IMG/VR virus record: IMGVR_UViG_3300032332_001579
Span: 1 to 38,715 of that record
Direction: 5' to 3' (one strand)
From: a virus
Taxonomy: Duplodnaviria > Caudoviricetes
DNA length: 38,715 bases
The notes beneath the pieces are model-generated. The model was not told where the DNA came from, searched no databases, and worked only from the letters and a program-made list of their open reading frames with translations. How positions within the stretch are numbered: position 1 is the stretch's first letter; each line of letters opens with the position of its first letter. Both the position numbers and the translations under genes were made by a program. Positions 37,481 through 38,715 of the stretch are shown here, piece by piece.

Positions 37481-38371
37481 ATGCAAAAGTGTTACCATGT
37501 TTTTACGCACAATGATTTAGATGGTGCAATTAGTTTGCTTACTTTAATGTGGGCTAGACCAGAAGCCTCGTTTGAATATACTCCTCTCAATAATCTAGAC
37601 ATTGAGACGAAACTTAAATCTCAAATCAACAATTCACATAATTCGCCTTCGACATTTGTTTTGGATTTGTCTTTGAGAGAAGAATTTTTACCAGATTTAG
37701 ATCAAAGTCATATAACTATTATAGATCATCATAAGTCTTCAGAACCTTTCGTTAAAAGGTTCAGCAAGGCTAAAGTTTTTTATCAAGAATATTCTTCAAA
37801 TGCTTTATTAATGAGAAAACTGTTCAAAGAAAGTTCCCCGGAACTTTCCCAGGAACAAAAAATGTTAATAGCTTTAGCAGATGATTTTGATTCTTACAAG
37901 CTCCAACTACCAGAAAGTTACGATTTGAATATATTATTCTGGAGTGATTATCGTAATAAGTTTGCATCCTTTATTAAAGACTATCATAAAGGTTTTAAAA
38001 AATTTACGGATTCACAGATTAGAACCATTAATTATATTAAAAAAGAAGCAGCTAAAGAAGCAGAAAATACTCCTTTATTTTACGGAGAATTAAATATAGG
38101 TGGTAACAAGAAAAAAGTATTCGCTGCAATGGTTCAAAAAATAGTCCCTCAAGTGATGGATCTGTTAATGCTTAAATACAAACCTGACATATTTTTCTTT
38201 ATAAATATTAAAAATGAAAAAGTTTCAATACGTCAAGGAGCTACAGATTCACCTGTAGACTTAGGTACGTTCGCTACAAAAATTTGTGAAGGTGGAGGAC
38301 ACCCAAATGCAGCTGGCGGTAAAATAACACCTTTATTCATGGAGATGATGAAAAATTTAAAACCTTTATGA
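37481..38371 (+). CDS. DHH/DHHA1 phosphoesterase (NrnA/RecJ-like)
   Basis: THNDLDG, LDL, IDHH, SIR, GGGHPNAAGG. Confidence 0.88.
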   Translation: MQKCYHVFTHNDLDGAISLLTLMWARPEASFEYTPLNNLDIETKLKSQINNSHNSPSTFVLDLSLREEFLPDLDQSHITIIDHHKSSEPFVKRFSKAKVFYQEYSSNALLMRKLFKESSPELSQEQKMLIALADDFDSYKLQLPESYDLNILFWSDYRNKFASFIKDYHKGFKKFTDSQIRTINYIKKEAAKEAENTPLFYGELNIGGNKKKVFAAMVQKIVPQVMDLLMLKYKPDIFFFINIKNEKVSIRQGATDSPVDLGTFATKICEGGGHPNAAGGKITPLFMEMMKNLKPL

Positions 38372-38685
38372 TCATTACCTCCTCTCAACAAATTGAAGAT
38401 GCAATCAACCCATCAAGTGTATTTGATGCAGCTGAATTTGAAGAGATAACACTTAAATTTGGTTCGTTCGTTTGTATAGCCAAAGGAAAAAAACTTAACT
38501 ATCTTAATTTTCTAAAATTTTTAATAGATGATAAAAAAACACAAAAATTATATTTTGCTTTAATAGGCGAAGAAAGTTTACAAAATATTATTCGTGCATA
38601 TTTAGGTAGTACTCCTAATATCTATAAAAAAATCTTCAGATCAAAATTAAACAAACAAAACCGCAAAACAAAATCCCTTGAATAA
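38368..38685 (+). CDS. hypothetical protein
   Basis: 105 aa, ATGA overlap with the DHH gene. Confidence 0.6.
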   Translation: MIITSSQQIEDAINPSSVFDAAEFEEITLKFGSFVCIAKGKKLNYLNFLKFLIDDKKTQKLYFALIGEESLQNIIRAYLGSTPNIYKKIFRSKLNKQNRKTKSLE

Positions 38686-38715
38686 GCTTAGTAAAACAGA
38701 ACAGTCTATTTATAA

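Noticed and set aside
1368-37510. Short opposite-strand ORFs in the track (e.g. 1368-1691, 6150-6554, 9337-9672, 11530-11838, 14581-14823, 29889-30269, 35631-35900)
   Set aside because: They lie antisense to well-supported genes and are mostly Ser/Phe/Leu/Ile-rich, as expected for shadows of Glu/Lys-rich genes.
1-38715. Stop-codon reassignment, CRISPR array, tRNA or rRNA genes
   Set aside because: The standard code gives dense full-length genes ending in TAA, TGA and TAG. Intergenic gaps are short, and I saw no repeat-spacer or cloverleaf patterns by eye; tRNAscan/Infernal were not run.
1-38715. Eukaryotic giant virus or cellular origin because of GT7/GT47 genes
   Set aside because: gp55, gp61, gp41, UvsX/Y/W, gp46/47 and GroES with overlapping operons and sigma70-type promoters indicate a T4-like bacteriophage.

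Overview
AT-rich segment of a large T4-like (myovirus/jumbo-type) phage genome covering the DNA replication, recombination and DNA-modification region. Recognisable core genes: DinG-like helicase (partial), GroES, gp62-like clamp-loader subunit, gp61 primase, UvsY, UvsW, gp55 late sigma factor, gp47/gp46, family B DNA polymerase, ThyX, UvsX, gp41 helicase and a DHH phosphoesterase. Four things stand out. (1) uvsW is a fractured gene: a naturally split intein interrupts the DECH motif, and a free-standing, out-of-frame zinc-finger/TnsA-like endonuclease gene with its own late promoter sits between the halves. (2) A dispersed 7-deazaguanine pathway (QueC, QueE, QueD, TGT/DpdA-like protein) is present. 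queC is tightly coupled to a glycosyltransferase, a stand-alone class II amidotransferase and a DUF366 protein, suggesting a possible new hypermodified base. (3) A ~8.6 kb glycosyl/methyltransferase island separates gp47 from gp46, and a GT47 gene is flanked by a 50-bp duplication of the queE start. (4) Many genes have sigma70-like or TAAATA late-type promoter boxes only 5-8 nt upstream of the start codon, implying leaderless mRNAs. All family assignments come from motif recognition by eye; no database searches were run.
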